Below are positions 19,273 through 29,958 of a stretch of DNA of 64,000 nt, piece after piece (position 1 is the first letter of the stretch; every line of letters begins with the position of its first letter). This stretch comes from Fibrobacteria bacterium. GTDB lineage: Bacteria > Fibrobacterota > Fibrobacteria > UBA11236 > JADFYW01. Location of the stretch: the NCBI GenBank assembly GCA_050294405.1, contig JBNKOC010000028.1:453354-517353 (forward strand). Direction: 5' to 3'. The notes beneath the pieces are model-generated. The model was not told where the DNA came from, did no database searches, and worked only from the letters and a program-made list of their open reading frames with translations. The position numbers and the translations under genes are program-made.

Positions 19273-21099
19273 CTACTCTACGGTTACACTTTTAGCCAGG
19301 TTTCGCGGCTGATCCACATTGCAGCCTCTCAAAACGGCAATATGGTAGGAAAGCAACTGGAGCGGGATCACAGAAAGAAGCGGTGTTAAGAAACTCATGG
19401 TTTCAGGCAAGGCCAGAATATGATCTGCCACATCATTTAGCACTTTATCGGAACTGGTAGTAATCGCCAGAATGCGCCCACCCCGGGCCTTGATTTCCTG
19501 CATGTTGCTCAGGGTTTTTTCAAAAAGGGTTCCAGAGGGCACAATCACCACTACAGGCATATTTTCATCAATTAAGGCAATGGGTCCGTGTTTCATTTCC
19601 GCCGCGGGATAGCCCTCGGCATGTATGTAAGATATTTCTTTTAACTTAAGGGCGCCTTCAAGGGCCACGGGAAAGCTGTAGCCACGACCCAGGTACAAAA
19701 AATTGTGGGCGTCCTGATACTCTTCGGCAAAATCGCGGATAATATTGTTCATCTTTAAAATTTCTTCCACTTTTGCGGGGATGGCCTGAAGCTCTTTGCA
19801 AATTTTAATGCCCATATCCGCAGATACCCGGCGCATACGCCCCATCATGAGGGCTATCATAGTAAGCACAGTCACTTGGGAAGTGAAGGCCTTGGTACTG
19901 GCCACTCCAATTTCAGGCCCTGCGTGCAAATAAACTCCACCGTGGGTTTCACGGGCAATGGAACTTCCCACTGCATTGCATATACCTAAAACAGTGGCGC
20001 CTTTGTGCTTAGCTTCTCTGAGGGCGGCCAGGGTGTCGGCAGTTTCGCCGGATTGGGAAATGCAGAACACCAGAGTTCTGTCGTCAATAATGGGATTTCG
20101 ATAGCGAAACTCAGAGGCGTATTCCACTTCCACGGGAACACCCGCCAAAGACTCAATAACATATTCGCCAACCATACCCGCATAATAGCTGGTACCGCAA
20201 GCGGTAATAATAATGCGGTTGATGCTTCTTAGCTCCTGATGCACCAGGTTTAGACCATCCAAACGGGCGGTACCTGAATCCAAAAGCAAACGTCCCCTTA
20301 AAGTGTTCATTATGGTTTGGGGCTGTTCCATAATTTCTTTGAGCATAAAATGATCAAAGCCGCTCTTTTGAATGGAGTCAACGCTGAATTCCACATTTTG
20401 AATTTCGCGGTTTACATCGGAATGGCTGCCGCTTTTAATTTTATAACCCTCGGAAGTAATGCGAACACAATCATTGTCGTCCAGATATATCACCTTCTGG
20501 GTGTGATCTACTATGGGGGCGGCATCGGAGCCCAGGAAAAATTCATTTTCAGAAACTCCCACAACCAAAGGGCTTCCCCGGCGGGCTCCAATTAAAACTC
20601 CGGGCTCATCCTGACTGATAACCACCAGGCCAAATGCGCCTTCCAGATGTTGCATGGCTTCCATTACCGATGCAAACAAATCGCCTTTATAAAATTTGTG
20701 AATTAAATGAACAATCACTTCTGTGTCGGTTTCCGATTGAAATTCAAAACCATCTTCCAGTAGCACCTCTTTAATGGATTTGTAATTCTCAATAATGCCG
20801 TTGTGCACCAGGGCAATTTTACCGTCCTGGGATGTATGCGGGTGGGCATTGGTTTCATTGGGAGCACCGTGAGTGGCCCAGCGGGTGTGGCCAATTCCGG
20901 TTGTGCCCGTTAAAGGTTTTGCGGCCAGCTTTTCGGAAAGGCTGCGCAACTTGCCTTCGGCTTTTATAGTAGAAATGCCATTAGCGGTTTGTATCGAAAC
21001 ACCGGCGCTATCGTAGCCGCGGTATTCCATGCGTTTTAAACCATTTAACAAAATTTGCTGGGCATTTTGAAATCCACAGTAGGCAACAATTCCACACAT
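19273..21099 (-). CDS. glmS: Glutamine--fructose-6-phosphate transaminase
   Basis: MCGIV, GHTRWATHG, SQSGETADT, PRNLAKSVTVE. Confidence 0.99.
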   Translation of the reverse strand: MCGIVAYCGFQNAQQILLNGLKRMEYRGYDSAGVSIQTANGISTIKAEGKLRSLSEKLAAKPLTGTTGIGHTRWATHGAPNETNAHPHTSQDGKIALVHNGIIENYKSIKEVLLEDGFEFQSETDTEVIVHLIHKFYKGDLFASVMEAMQHLEGAFGLVVISQDEPGVLIGARRGSPLVVGVSENEFFLGSDAAPIVDHTQKVIYLDDNDCVRITSEGYKIKSGSHSDVNREIQNVEFSVDSIQKSGFDHFMLKEIMEQPQTIMNTLRGRLLLDSGTARLDGLNLVHQELRSINRIIITACGTSYYAGMVGEYVIESLAGVPVEVEYASEFRYRNPIIDDRTLVFCISQSGETADTLAALREAKHKGATVLGICNAVGSSIARETHGGVYLHAGPEIGVASTKAFTSQVTVLTMIALMMGRMRRVSADMGIKICKELQAIPAKVEEILKMNNIIRDFAEEYQDAHNFLYLGRGYSFPVALEGALKLKEISYIHAEGYPAAEMKHGPIALIDENMPVVVIVPSGTLFEKTLSNMQEIKARGGRILAITTSSDKVLNDVADHILALPETMSFLTPLLSVIPLQLLSYHIAVLRGCNVDQPRNLAKSVTVE

Positions 21100-21198
21100 A
21101 ATACTTCCCTTTAATAAACCGGTTAAGCTCTCATAATCTAACTAAATTTGCGGTTTCCCTAAAAGAAAAACGCAAAAATCAAAAACTGGATGGAAATA

Positions 21199-22539
21199 TT
21201 ATACTTCTGCCATTACCAATTTGCATAGCTCCAAAGCCTCTTTTTTGTTTGGGGCTTCGGCAATGATGCGAATTATGGGTTCGGTATTGGACGAACGAAC
21301 GTGAACCCATTTTTTATCCCACTCAAAGCGAAGGCCATCCTGTTCATCAATATGGGCATCTTTAAATTTGGCTAGCAAATGTCCAAAAATATTTTCCAGG
21401 GATTTTCCGTGGATTTCGCACTTTTGTTTTTCAATATGGTATTTGGGAATGGAATTCACAAAATCCGTAAGAGTTGTGTTTTTCTCCGCTAAAAATTGCA
21501 AAGCCAGGGCAATGCTTAAAATGCCATCTCTGCCGTAATGCAAATCCGGCAAAATAACTCCGCCGTTGCCTTCTCCCCCAATGGTGCTTTTGTTGAGCTT
21601 CATTTGGCTGCTTACATTGATTTCCCCCACTTTGGCCCGATACACCTTAACTCCAAAACTTTCGGCAATATCTTCGGACATTCTGCTGGTGGAAAGGTTT
21701 ATAGTGACAGCCCCAGGGTTTTTTTCCAAAATAAGCTGGGTGGCCAGGGCCAGAGTATATTCTTCGCCAATAACCGTCCCTGTTTCGCTGACCATGGCGC
21801 AGCGGTCCGCATCGGGGTCGGTGGCAAATCCAATATGGCATTTTTTCTTTTTCACCAACTCAGAAAGCTGTTTTAAATTTTTGGGTGTGGGCTCGGGGTT
21901 GTGGGGAAATATGCCATTGGGCTCGATGTTAATGGCAACCAGTTCGCATCCTAATTTTTTTAACAATTGAGGGACAATTAAGCTTCCTGCTCCGTTTACG
22001 CCATCATAAGCCACTTTAAATTTTTGTTTTTTAATTAGCCTGGGGTTGATGTACTTTAATTTCAAAATGCTGTTAATATGATGTTCATCCCCACCTTTTT
22101 GAGTGGAAATGCTTTTTACGCCCTTATAGCCCGACCATTTAAACTGGTTGTTATCCACAATTTCAAACAATTGTTTGATGTTAGCTTCGTTTAAAAACTC
22201 CCCTTCTTTGTTTAAAAATTTTAGGGCGTTCCACTCTATGGGATTGTGCGAGGCGGTGACAATAATTCCCCCGTCGGCTTTTAATTCGGTGACCATCATC
22301 TCCACAGTGGGGGTGCTTGCCAGACCCAATACAATGGGTTCTACTCCCGCCGCGCAGCAACCCTGGGCAATTAAAGATTCAATCATAGGGCCTGTGGTTC
22401 GGGTGTCTCGCCCCACCACTACTTTTTTGGCCTTAGTAATTTGAATAAAGGCGTTTAAGTAATTCATTAATAGAGGAGGCGTTAATGGGTCGCCAACGAT
22501 TCCCCGGATTCCAGAAACACTGCGCATTAAAGTGGACAT
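21199..22539 (-). CDS. glmM: Phosphoglucosamine mutase (phosphohexomutase family)
   Basis: TASHNP, DPDADR, GEGNGG; directly upstream of glmS. Confidence 0.85.
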   Translation of the reverse strand: MSTLMRSVSGIRGIVGDPLTPPLLMNYLNAFIQITKAKKVVVGRDTRTTGPMIESLIAQGCCAAGVEPIVLGLASTPTVEMMVTELKADGGIIVTASHNPIEWNALKFLNKEGEFLNEANIKQLFEIVDNNQFKWSGYKGVKSISTQKGGDEHHINSILKLKYINPRLIKKQKFKVAYDGVNGAGSLIVPQLLKKLGCELVAINIEPNGIFPHNPEPTPKNLKQLSELVKKKKCHIGFATDPDADRCAMVSETGTVIGEEYTLALATQLILEKNPGAVTINLSTSRMSEDIAESFGVKVYRAKVGEINVSSQMKLNKSTIGGEGNGGVILPDLHYGRDGILSIALALQFLAEKNTTLTDFVNSIPKYHIEKQKCEIHGKSLENIFGHLLAKFKDAHIDEQDGLRFEWDKKWVHVRSSNTEPIIRIIAEAPNKKEALELCKLVMAEV

Positions 22540-22673
22540 ATCCTAATTTTCCTTATTTTTTAGCCTGGGTAATGTGATACCCCAATTTTGGAAGCAAATT
22601 ACATTAAAAAGGTGTGAAAAAGTCTTAATTTCATAAATTAATGACTGCAATATAAATTTTAATTCAGAGATTC

Positions 22674-24470
22674 ATGAAAGCAAAAAACACAATTACCATA
22701 ATACTACCGTTGCTTCTTGTTTTAGCAAGTCAGCTATTTGCAACGGCCCCTAAAATGGCGCCACCCGCCATTAATATGGAATGGGAAAAAACAGATAACC
22801 CCGATGTACAAAATTTAAAAATCACAGTGGAACTGGAAGAAGAATGGCATATAAACCCATTCGAAACAGACGACCCCTTTAGCATACCCACCACTCTGGA
22901 ACTGGAAGCTCCGGGCTTAACATTTGAAATTCCCAACTATCCCGAAACGGTTAAAAAATATGTAAAAGTACTGGGCAAAGAATTGGCCATGTACGAGGGC
23001 CGTTTTGAAATAACAGCCATTGCCACAAAAGAAAATCCAAAGGCTAAATTCGAATATGTTAAGGCTAATCTGGGCTATCAGGCCTGTAGCCAGGATGTAT
23101 GTTTGCGGCCCGCTAATGTTATTGTAGAATTGGGCGAACTGAAGGCTAACAGCGATTTTCAAAACAGCGCTCAGAATAATCCCACTGCTTCCAAAAAACC
23201 CGTATCCATTCCCCTGGATTCCTCGGTATCCGCCGCAAGTTCGGCCAAAGGCGACGCCCCGGTTTTGGAAGGCTCTGTTTTTATTATGATTTTGATGTTA
23301 TTGGGATGGGGGCTTATGATGAACCTCACTCCCTGCGTGTACCCCCTTATCGCTATCACTGTCAGTCTTTTTGGCGATCAGGGTAGCCGCAGCACTCAGG
23401 GGCGGTTTTTGGTGAGCTTGCTCTATGTGTTCGGCATATCCATTACCTTTTCAGTGTTGGGTGTAAGCGCGGCTTTGGGGGGGCAAATGTTCGGCTCCTC
23501 TTTGCAATCTCCAGCGGCTCAAATCGTTATTGCCGTGATATTCGTACTGTTGGCCCTGTCGAGCTTTGGGCTTTACGATATTCGTTTGCCTGCCTCCTGG
23601 ATGGGAAAAGCCACTCAGGCCAGCAACACCGGTGGATACATCGGCGGGTTTTTAGCGGGCATTTTTTCCGGGGTTTTAGCCTCTCCCTGTATAGGTCCTT
23701 TTATATTAGCACTTATTTTATATGTTGCCGAAAAGGGCAGCATGCTAACGGGTTTTTGGGTGTTTGCTGTTTTTTCCCTGGGAATGGGTATCCCTTATAT
23801 CATTTTGGGAACAGCTTCAGGGCTCACTCAAAAACTGCCCCGCTCTGGCAATTGGATGATAGATGCCAAAAAAATCATGGGCCTGGTGCTTTTGGGTTTG
23901 GCCCTTTATTATTGCCGGGGTTTTATTGATAGCAATTATTACCATATCATGTATGGCGCTTTATTAATATACGGTGCCATGTATGTAAACCCCTTTACCG
24001 CCTTTTCTAACATTCCGTCCTGGCTGGGAGCGCTTATTCGAATGGGAGCCTTTATAGCCCTTTTATTGGGAACCCAAAGTTTTTTAAAAGGCATGGGCGT
24101 GGAATTTTCTTCTGGAAGCGTATCACATAGCGAGGCCACTGCCATTAATTGGCTGCCTTATTCTGAATCTCTTTTAGCCGAGGCCAAAAACCAGAACAAA
24201 AAAGTGCTTATTGATTTTGAAAGCCAAATCTGGTGCGCCGCTTGCCGGGAAATGGAAGAAAAAACCTATTCCCAAGCCTCTGTTAGAAACAGTTTGTCCG
24301 AATACATCGCTTTAAAAGTGGATGTGGATAAACATCCTGACACAGATGAACTCTTAAAAAAATACGACGTATATGGCATCCCCACTGCTATCATTTTAGG
24401 CGGAGATGGAATTGAATTGGACCGGGTTATCGGCTTTATGCCCCCCGGAGAATTTGTGGAAAAACTGTGA
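22674..24470 (+). CDS. dsbD: Thiol:disulfide interchange protein DsbD
   Basis: N-domain YQACSQDVCLRP, TM LTPCVYP and SPCIGP, thioredoxin WCAAC. Confidence 0.93.
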   Translation: MKAKNTITIILPLLLVLASQLFATAPKMAPPAINMEWEKTDNPDVQNLKITVELEEEWHINPFETDDPFSIPTTLELEAPGLTFEIPNYPETVKKYVKVLGKELAMYEGRFEITAIATKENPKAKFEYVKANLGYQACSQDVCLRPANVIVELGELKANSDFQNSAQNNPTASKKPVSIPLDSSVSAASSAKGDAPVLEGSVFIMILMLLGWGLMMNLTPCVYPLIAITVSLFGDQGSRSTQGRFLVSLLYVFGISITFSVLGVSAALGGQMFGSSLQSPAAQIVIAVIFVLLALSSFGLYDIRLPASWMGKATQASNTGGYIGGFLAGIFSGVLASPCIGPFILALILYVAEKGSMLTGFWVFAVFSLGMGIPYIILGTASGLTQKLPRSGNWMIDAKKIMGLVLLGLALYYCRGFIDSNYYHIMYGALLIYGAMYVNPFTAFSNIPSWLGALIRMGAFIALLLGTQSFLKGMGVEFSSGSVSHSEATAINWLPYSESLLAEAKNQNKKVLIDFESQIWCAACREMEEKTYSQASVRNSLSEYIALKVDVDKHPDTDELLKKYDVYGIPTAIILGGDGIELDRVIGFMPPGEFVEKL

Positions 24471-24487
24471 ATATAAAAGAATAATTT

Positions 24488-25801
24488 TTATTCTGGAAGT
24501 AATTCGGCTTCCAAATCAAACTCCAGTCCCTCGGTGATTTCCACCTGGCGGAAAGTGCCTGGAGTGGCCTGGGCGCCTTTGATATAAACAGTGTTGTCTA
24601 TTTCCGGGGCGTCAAATTCTGTGCGGCCCACAAAATCAAATTCGGAATCGTCCGAAATTTCTTCATCAATTAAAACTTTTAATTTTTTGCCTATTAAGTT
24701 TTGATTGTGGTCGAGGGAAATATCCTGTTGCAGGGCCATAACCCTATCCAGCCTATCCTGTTTTATATCATCCTCAATTTTATTTTCCAGAGTTTCCGCA
24801 TGGGTATTGTCTTCATCGGAATAGATGAATCCCCCCAAACGGTTAAAGCGGGTTTCTTCCATAAAGTCCAAAAGCTCTTCCACATCTTCTTCTTTTTCGC
24901 CAGGATACCCCACTAAAACTGTAGTTCTCAGGGATAAATTGGGAATGTGCTTTCGCATATTGGCGATGAGTTCGCGCAAAGATTTTTTGCTGTACCCCCT
25001 GCGCATGGATTTTAGCATATTATCGCTTACATGTTGAATGGGCATATCCATGTAATTGCAAATCCTCTGCTGGCTCCCCATAAATTCCAAAAGGCCATCT
25101 GTTAAATAGGCTGGGTATCCATACATCAGCCTAAACCAGGGGACATCTGTTTCGCCAATTAAACTTTTTAAAAGTCCCTCCAGATTTTCTCCCGATTTAT
25201 TTTCTCTTCCGTAAAAAGTGAGATCCTGGGCCACTAAAGAAACCTCCATAATCCCCCTATTTTGCAGTTGCTGCACTTCTTTAACCACATCTGTTATGGA
25301 GCGGCTATTTTGCTTGCCTCGCATTAGGGGAATGGCGCAGAACCCACAAATGCGATTGCAACCTTCGGCAATTTTTACATAAGCATGATGGGGTTTTTGA
25401 TCCAAAAATATCCGGGTTTCTTCCACATACTGTGGAGTTGGTGTTTCGGGGAAAAGTTGTTTTAAATCCCTTGCGATTTCTTTGGGTTTATAAACTCCGT
25501 AAAAATGATCCACCTCGGGAATTTCTTTTTTCAGCTCTTCCAAATAGCGCTCGCTTAAACAACCAGCCACCACCACTTTTTGATTTTCGGTTTTTTGCCC
25601 CGTAACAGATAAAATTTCCTGGATGGATTCCTCTTTGGCCGCCTCAATAAAACCGCAGGTATTTATTAGAACAATATCAGAATCTAAATTTTGGCTGGGT
25701 TCTATTCCCTGGTTATGGAAATCCCGCAAAATGTTTTCACTGTCCACCTGATTTTTGGAACAGCCTAGATTAATAAGCCGTATGCTGGGATTTTTTCTCA
25801 T
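24488..25801 (-). CDS. rimO: Ribosomal protein S12 methylthiotransferase RimO
   Basis: LGCSKNQVDSE, NTCGFIEAAKEES, CNRICGFC, APEIDN TRAM tail. Confidence 0.96.
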   Translation of the reverse strand: MRKNPSIRLINLGCSKNQVDSENILRDFHNQGIEPSQNLDSDIVLINTCGFIEAAKEESIQEILSVTGQKTENQKVVVAGCLSERYLEELKKEIPEVDHFYGVYKPKEIARDLKQLFPETPTPQYVEETRIFLDQKPHHAYVKIAEGCNRICGFCAIPLMRGKQNSRSITDVVKEVQQLQNRGIMEVSLVAQDLTFYGRENKSGENLEGLLKSLIGETDVPWFRLMYGYPAYLTDGLLEFMGSQQRICNYMDMPIQHVSDNMLKSMRRGYSKKSLRELIANMRKHIPNLSLRTTVLVGYPGEKEEDVEELLDFMEETRFNRLGGFIYSDEDNTHAETLENKIEDDIKQDRLDRVMALQQDISLDHNQNLIGKKLKVLIDEEISDDSEFDFVGRTEFDAPEIDNTVYIKGAQATPGTFRQVEITEGLEFDLEAELLPE

Positions 25802-25857
25802 AGGGAGAAAACTTAATAAAAATAGAGGGAAAAGGTCGAAAAGCGGGGTTTAAACCA

Positions 25858-26679
25858 TTACCATTCGTCGTCGTTAATGGCTGCAGAATCTCCCACAGTT
25901 TCCCAATCCGAATCTGGGCTGGGAGCAGGATCTTGGGCAGTTGGCTCTTCTGGAACCATTTCAGCCTGAGAGCTGGGAATGGGTTCTGGCTCAGGAACAG
26001 CCTGCGGTTCTTGGGCCATGGGCTCAGGTTCGGGAACAGGCTCTGGTTCTGGCGTATAAGCAGGTTCCGAGGTTGCGGCTGGCTCGGAATAGTCTGAGGA
26101 GTAGTCGCTGTAGGACTTACCCACATTGTCGTTTTTCTTCAAATCAATCCAAAAATTGTAGTTATTAGGCAAAAGAGAATTTTCCCCAAATGCCTTGGCA
26201 TCGGATAATCCTTTGAAATTTCCAATACGAACTCGGTAATAGGTACCTATTAAATCGGGAGTTGGATTTTCCACTTCAGCCACGTAGGCAGGATAGCCTT
26301 CGGATTCCAATTTTGATTTTAGCTTGTCAGCTCCATATTTGCTCTTATAAATGGAAACCTGAACCACATAACGGCCGTTTTCGGAAAATTGGCCAGTGCT
26401 CGGAGGTGGAGTGTTTTTAGGAATAGTGCTGAATTTAACTTTGGAGTCCGCATCTTCTTCGGCGGCATCCATTTGCCCATCCATTGCGCCTGCTTCATCA
26501 GGAGATTGTAATTCAGGCTCTTCGAGAAGTTCCAAATCTTCTTCAGGCAGTAAATCCTCTTCCACCACAGGCGGTTCTTCCTTTTTTGAGCAATAAGTCA
26601 AAAAAGCAGAAGCCAAAAATGCCATTAACCCGATTTTTATAAATTTTGTCAAGTTTTCCCCTATTTCAAGCCCAATCAT
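25858..26679 (-). CDS. SPOR-domain lipoprotein with a Pro/Glu-rich tail
   Basis: FLTYC lipobox; YVVQVSIY...YYRVRIGNF SPOR pattern; EPEP repeats. Confidence 0.8.
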   Translation of the reverse strand: MIGLEIGENLTKFIKIGLMAFLASAFLTYCSKKEEPPVVEEDLLPEEDLELLEEPELQSPDEAGAMDGQMDAAEEDADSKVKFSTIPKNTPPPSTGQFSENGRYVVQVSIYKSKYGADKLKSKLESEGYPAYVAEVENPTPDLIGTYYRVRIGNFKGLSDAKAFGENSLLPNNYNFWIDLKKNDNVGKSYSDYSSDYSEPAATSEPAYTPEPEPVPEPEPMAQEPQAVPEPEPIPSSQAEMVPEEPTAQDPAPSPDSDWETVGDSAAINDDEW

Positions 26680-26835
26680 AAATCTTCACTTTGGGAATTA
26701 TTACTAGAAATTACCCTTTTTTGCCATTAAAAGTAATTTTTTTTTTCAAAAAGATCTAAAAGGTAAAGAAGCTATTCCCCAATAAAAACGGGTTCTGATT
26801 GATTTGCCATTGGGATTAACCCATAATTGGGGTAG

Positions 26836-26864
26836 TTGACATAAATTTGTGGCCTTGATAACTT
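26836..26864 (+). promoter_or_regulatory. Sigma70-type promoter for rpsU
   Basis: TTGACA - 17 bp - TAACTT with an extended -10 TG. Confidence 0.55.
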
Positions 26865-26903
26865 TAGGCAGCCTAAAAAAAATGGAAGCGAGGTGAAATT
26901 CTA

Positions 26904-27113
26904 GTGATAGGTGTAGTATTAAAACCAGGTGAACCTTTTGAAAAAGCTTTAAAGCGTTGGACCAAGTCCTGCGAAAAATCAGGAATTATTTCTGATGTTA
27001 AAAAGAAACAGCGGTTTGAGAAACCTTCTGAAGAGCGCAAACGCAAAAAAACTGCAGCCCGCAGAAAAGCTTTAAAAGAAGCCGCCGAAGAAATGGTATC
27101 TCGTAAATATTGA
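26904..27113 (+). CDS. rpsU: 30S ribosomal protein bS21
   Basis: EPFEKALKRW...FEKPSEERKRK; GAGGTG Shine-Dalgarno, GTG start. Confidence 0.95.
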   Translation: MIGVVLKPGEPFEKALKRWTKSCEKSGIISDVKKKQRFEKPSEERKRKKTAARRKALKEAAEEMVSRKY

Positions 27114-27137
27114 ACCGTTTCTAATTTTGTTATTTTT

Positions 27138-27169
27138 AAAAGCGGCCCGAAGTTAGGGTCGCTTTTTTT
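27138..27169 (+). terminator. Rho-independent terminator after rpsU
   Basis: AAAAGCGGCCC-gaagtta-GGGTCGCTTTTTTT hairpin plus U-tract. Confidence 0.75.
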
Positions 27170-27183
27170 ATGTAGGTAAAATT

Positions 27184-27630
27184 ATGAGTGAATTGTTAAC
27201 GAATATATTGGACGACATTAAATCTTCCATGAAAAGCGGCGAAAAAGAAAAACTCCTATGTTTGAGAGGATTGCATTCCGAAATCAAAAATGTATCCATT
27301 AACACCAAGGTGGATATTACTGATAATTTGATTCTCGACGTATTGCAAAAAGCTGTCAAACAAAGGCAAGACGCTTCCGCTCAATTTGCTTCTGGCGGCC
27401 GTCAGGACTTGGTAGATAAAAACGAAACGGAAATTGCCTGGCTTCGGGCTTATATGCCCAAACAACTTTCTCCCGAAGAATTGGAATCCATAGTGGATGA
27501 GGTTATAAAAGAAGTTGGTGCCAGCAGCAAAAAAGATATGGGTAAGGTGATGCCCGCCATTATGCAAAAAACCAAGGGCCAAGCAGATGGCAAGGCTATT
27601 TCCCAATTGGTTTCTAAAAAGTTGGTTTAG
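27184..27630 (+). CDS. GatB/YqeY domain protein
   Basis: KQRQDA...YMPKQLSPEEL...KDMGKVM; typical position after rpsU. Confidence 0.92.
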   Translation: MSELLTNILDDIKSSMKSGEKEKLLCLRGLHSEIKNVSINTKVDITDNLILDVLQKAVKQRQDASAQFASGGRQDLVDKNETEIAWLRAYMPKQLSPEELESIVDEVIKEVGASSKKDMGKVMPAIMQKTKGQADGKAISQLVSKKLV

Positions 27631-27666
27631 GCTTGCTTTCCACAAAAATCCACTGATTACATCTTT

Positions 27667-29043
27667 ATGTTAGAGGAATTTTTAGCCTCTGCCAACCCCG
27701 AGCAAAAGTTCTGTGTGGAATTGGGTCTGGGGCAATGTTATCTGGTATTAGCTGGGGCTGGTTCAGGCAAAACCGCCATGTTAACAGCCAGAGTGGCCTA
27801 TTTAAATAAGGTTCACAATCTTAATCCCGATAATATTCTGGCTTTGACTTTTACCCGGGCAGCCGCCGAAGAAATGCGCCATAGGGCCTGTAAAATGGCG
27901 GGGTATCCAAGTTCCCAAAACCCTTTTGCAATTAATACTTTCCACAGTTTTTGCCTTTCCGTTATAAAAGAAAAAGTGAAGGGAAATTGTAATTGGGAGC
28001 GTTTGGGCTATAATGTTATGCCTCAAATTGCCGATGAAACTTCTCATTTTAAGGAAGGGGGCGAGGAAAGCGGGAGTTTAAAAACTTCTCAGAATGTAAA
28101 GGATACAAACAACACCCTTAAACTGGATGACTTAATCCCCTGTTGCTTAACATTGTTAACCAAATTTCCAGAACTTCAAGAATATTACCAGCAAAAATTT
28201 GCAGAAATTCTGGTGGACGAATACCAGGACTGTTCCCCAGAGCAACTTCAGCTATTGCGCAGTCTTAAAAACCAAAAATCGGGTTTGCTTTTAGTGGGCG
28301 ATAACTTTCAGGCTATCTATGGATTTCGGGGAGCCCAACAGGAACTGGTGGAAAATACACCAAAATTTTTCCCCAATATTAACATGGTTAAATTGGAAAC
28401 CAATTACCGTTCCACCGCTAACATACTTCATTTTGCCAACAGGTTGTTTTCCGATTCAAAATCAAAGTTTTCTAAAAAGCTATTCTGCGGAAGGAAATCT
28501 GCAGAAACTTTATTTGTGGAAAATCAAAAAGTGGCCCTCAGAATTTTTTCCACCAGCTTTGAAGAAGCCGTGTTTGTGGCTAAAGAAATTAAAAGGTTAA
28601 ACGAAAAATACCAAATGGATTGGAATGCTTTTTCCATCTTATTTCGGATAAACCAACTAAGGCCCTATTACCGTGAGGCAGTGCAAAAAATATTAGGAGA
28701 GGCTCCTGCAAGCAAAATTAATTTTGAAACCATACATGGAGCCAAAGGCCTGCAATATCCAGTGGTATTTTTAGTGGGTTTGGAAGAAAATTTGTTCCCC
28801 TATAACAACAATGCACGCCCAAGCAAAAAAAGCGGGCAACTGGCTGAAGAAAAAAGACTGTTTTATGTGGGTATAACCAGGGCGGAAATGCTTTTATATA
28901 TTAGCGCTTGCAAAGTAAGGAAGTTGAGAGGAAAATATAAAAGAAATAAGCCCAGCTCCTTTTTGCTTGAAAGTTGCGGATGGAGGGCGAAGTTAAAAAC
29001 TGTTATGTTGTGGAATTTAAAAAGGGCCAGCCAAAATCCATGA
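27667..29043 (+). CDS. Short UvrD/Rep/PcrA-family (SF1A) helicase
   Basis: AGAGSGKT, LTFT, DEYQD, VGD..QAIYGFRGA, NYRS, TIHGAKGL, EEKRLFYVGITRA; only 458 aa. Confidence 0.88.
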   Translation: MLEEFLASANPEQKFCVELGLGQCYLVLAGAGSGKTAMLTARVAYLNKVHNLNPDNILALTFTRAAAEEMRHRACKMAGYPSSQNPFAINTFHSFCLSVIKEKVKGNCNWERLGYNVMPQIADETSHFKEGGEESGSLKTSQNVKDTNNTLKLDDLIPCCLTLLTKFPELQEYYQQKFAEILVDEYQDCSPEQLQLLRSLKNQKSGLLLVGDNFQAIYGFRGAQQELVENTPKFFPNINMVKLETNYRSTANILHFANRLFSDSKSKFSKKLFCGRKSAETLFVENQKVALRIFSTSFEEAVFVAKEIKRLNEKYQMDWNAFSILFRINQLRPYYREAVQKILGEAPASKINFETIHGAKGLQYPVVFLVGLEENLFPYNNNARPSKKSGQLAEEKRLFYVGITRAEMLLYISACKVRKLRGKYKRNKPSSFLLESCGWRAKLKTVMLWNLKRASQNP

Positions 29044-29882
29044 AGGTAAATCACCACAAAAAGGCGAACCTTTCCATATATCTAATGCTTTTGATGGTTT
29101 TGTTACTGTGGATTTCAGCGGGAATTACTGCCGGAAAAATTCAAAATAGCAAGCCCGAATCCTGGACCAGCCCACAGCTGCTTTATTTGCCCGAAACCAA
29201 ATTGTTAAAAGTGCTCTCGCTTGGCTACAATCAGTTTTTGGCTAGTAACATGTGGGTTAACTCCGTTTTATATTTTTCCACGGCCTTTTTAGAAGGTAAA
29301 TCCTATCCCTGGCTGGGGAAAATGTTATTAAACATACAAACCTTGGACCCAAAGTTTTCGGCGGTATACCATTACGGGGCTCCCATGCTAGGGGAAGACG
29401 AACAGTCCAGAAAATTGTCTTCGGAAATTTTTTTAAAGGGAGTGGAAGAATTTCCTCAGGATTTTCGATTGAGACTTTATGCGGCTATGGCCTTAATAAG
29501 TAGTGACTCTAATTATGCCGAGGCTGCCAGAATACTGGCGCCTGTTATGGACAATCCAAATGCGCCTCAATATATGAAGGACTTGGGATTCACTTTAATT
29601 GAAAAAAAATTCGAGCCTGGGTCCAGCTTGGAATTTTTGCTCGAGGAGTACGCCAACAGCCAGAGCCCCATTTATAGGGAAAAATTATTTCAGAGAATAT
29701 GTTCCCTGGGAAGCCTGGATAACAGGGCGGAGCAGGCTGTTCGGTTGTTATTGGAATCTTTGGAGCAGGATAAAAATATCCAAAAAACCGTGGAAAAAAT
29801 GGTTTTTTTGGTAGTTTTTAATAGAAATTCGTTAGAGGCACAAAAAATTCTTGAAAAATTGACAGCTCCGGGTTTAAAATAA
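29040..29882 (+). CDS. Membrane-anchored helical (TPR-like) protein of a type found beside type IV pilins
   Basis: ATG 29040 overlaps the helicase stop (ATGA); N-terminal TM; LSLGY..FLA...W and TLDPKF motifs; next to a pilin. Confidence 0.55.
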   Translation: MKVNHHKKANLSIYLMLLMVLLLWISAGITAGKIQNSKPESWTSPQLLYLPETKLLKVLSLGYNQFLASNMWVNSVLYFSTAFLEGKSYPWLGKMLLNIQTLDPKFSAVYHYGAPMLGEDEQSRKLSSEIFLKGVEEFPQDFRLRLYAAMALISSDSNYAEAARILAPVMDNPNAPQYMKDLGFTLIEKKFEPGSSLEFLLEEYANSQSPIYREKLFQRICSLGSLDNRAEQAVRLLLESLEQDKNIQKTVEKMVFLVVFNRNSLEAQKILEKLTAPGLK

Positions 29883-29958
29883 GAGGGCGCACCTTTCCCA
29901 GAAACAAAATATGCAAGGTTCGCCTGGAACGGTTAAACGGTTAATAAGGAAACAGGAA

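Noticed and set aside
21100..21198. glmS ribozyme
   Set aside because: The intergenic gap is under 100 bp and AT-rich, with none of the conserved core visible.
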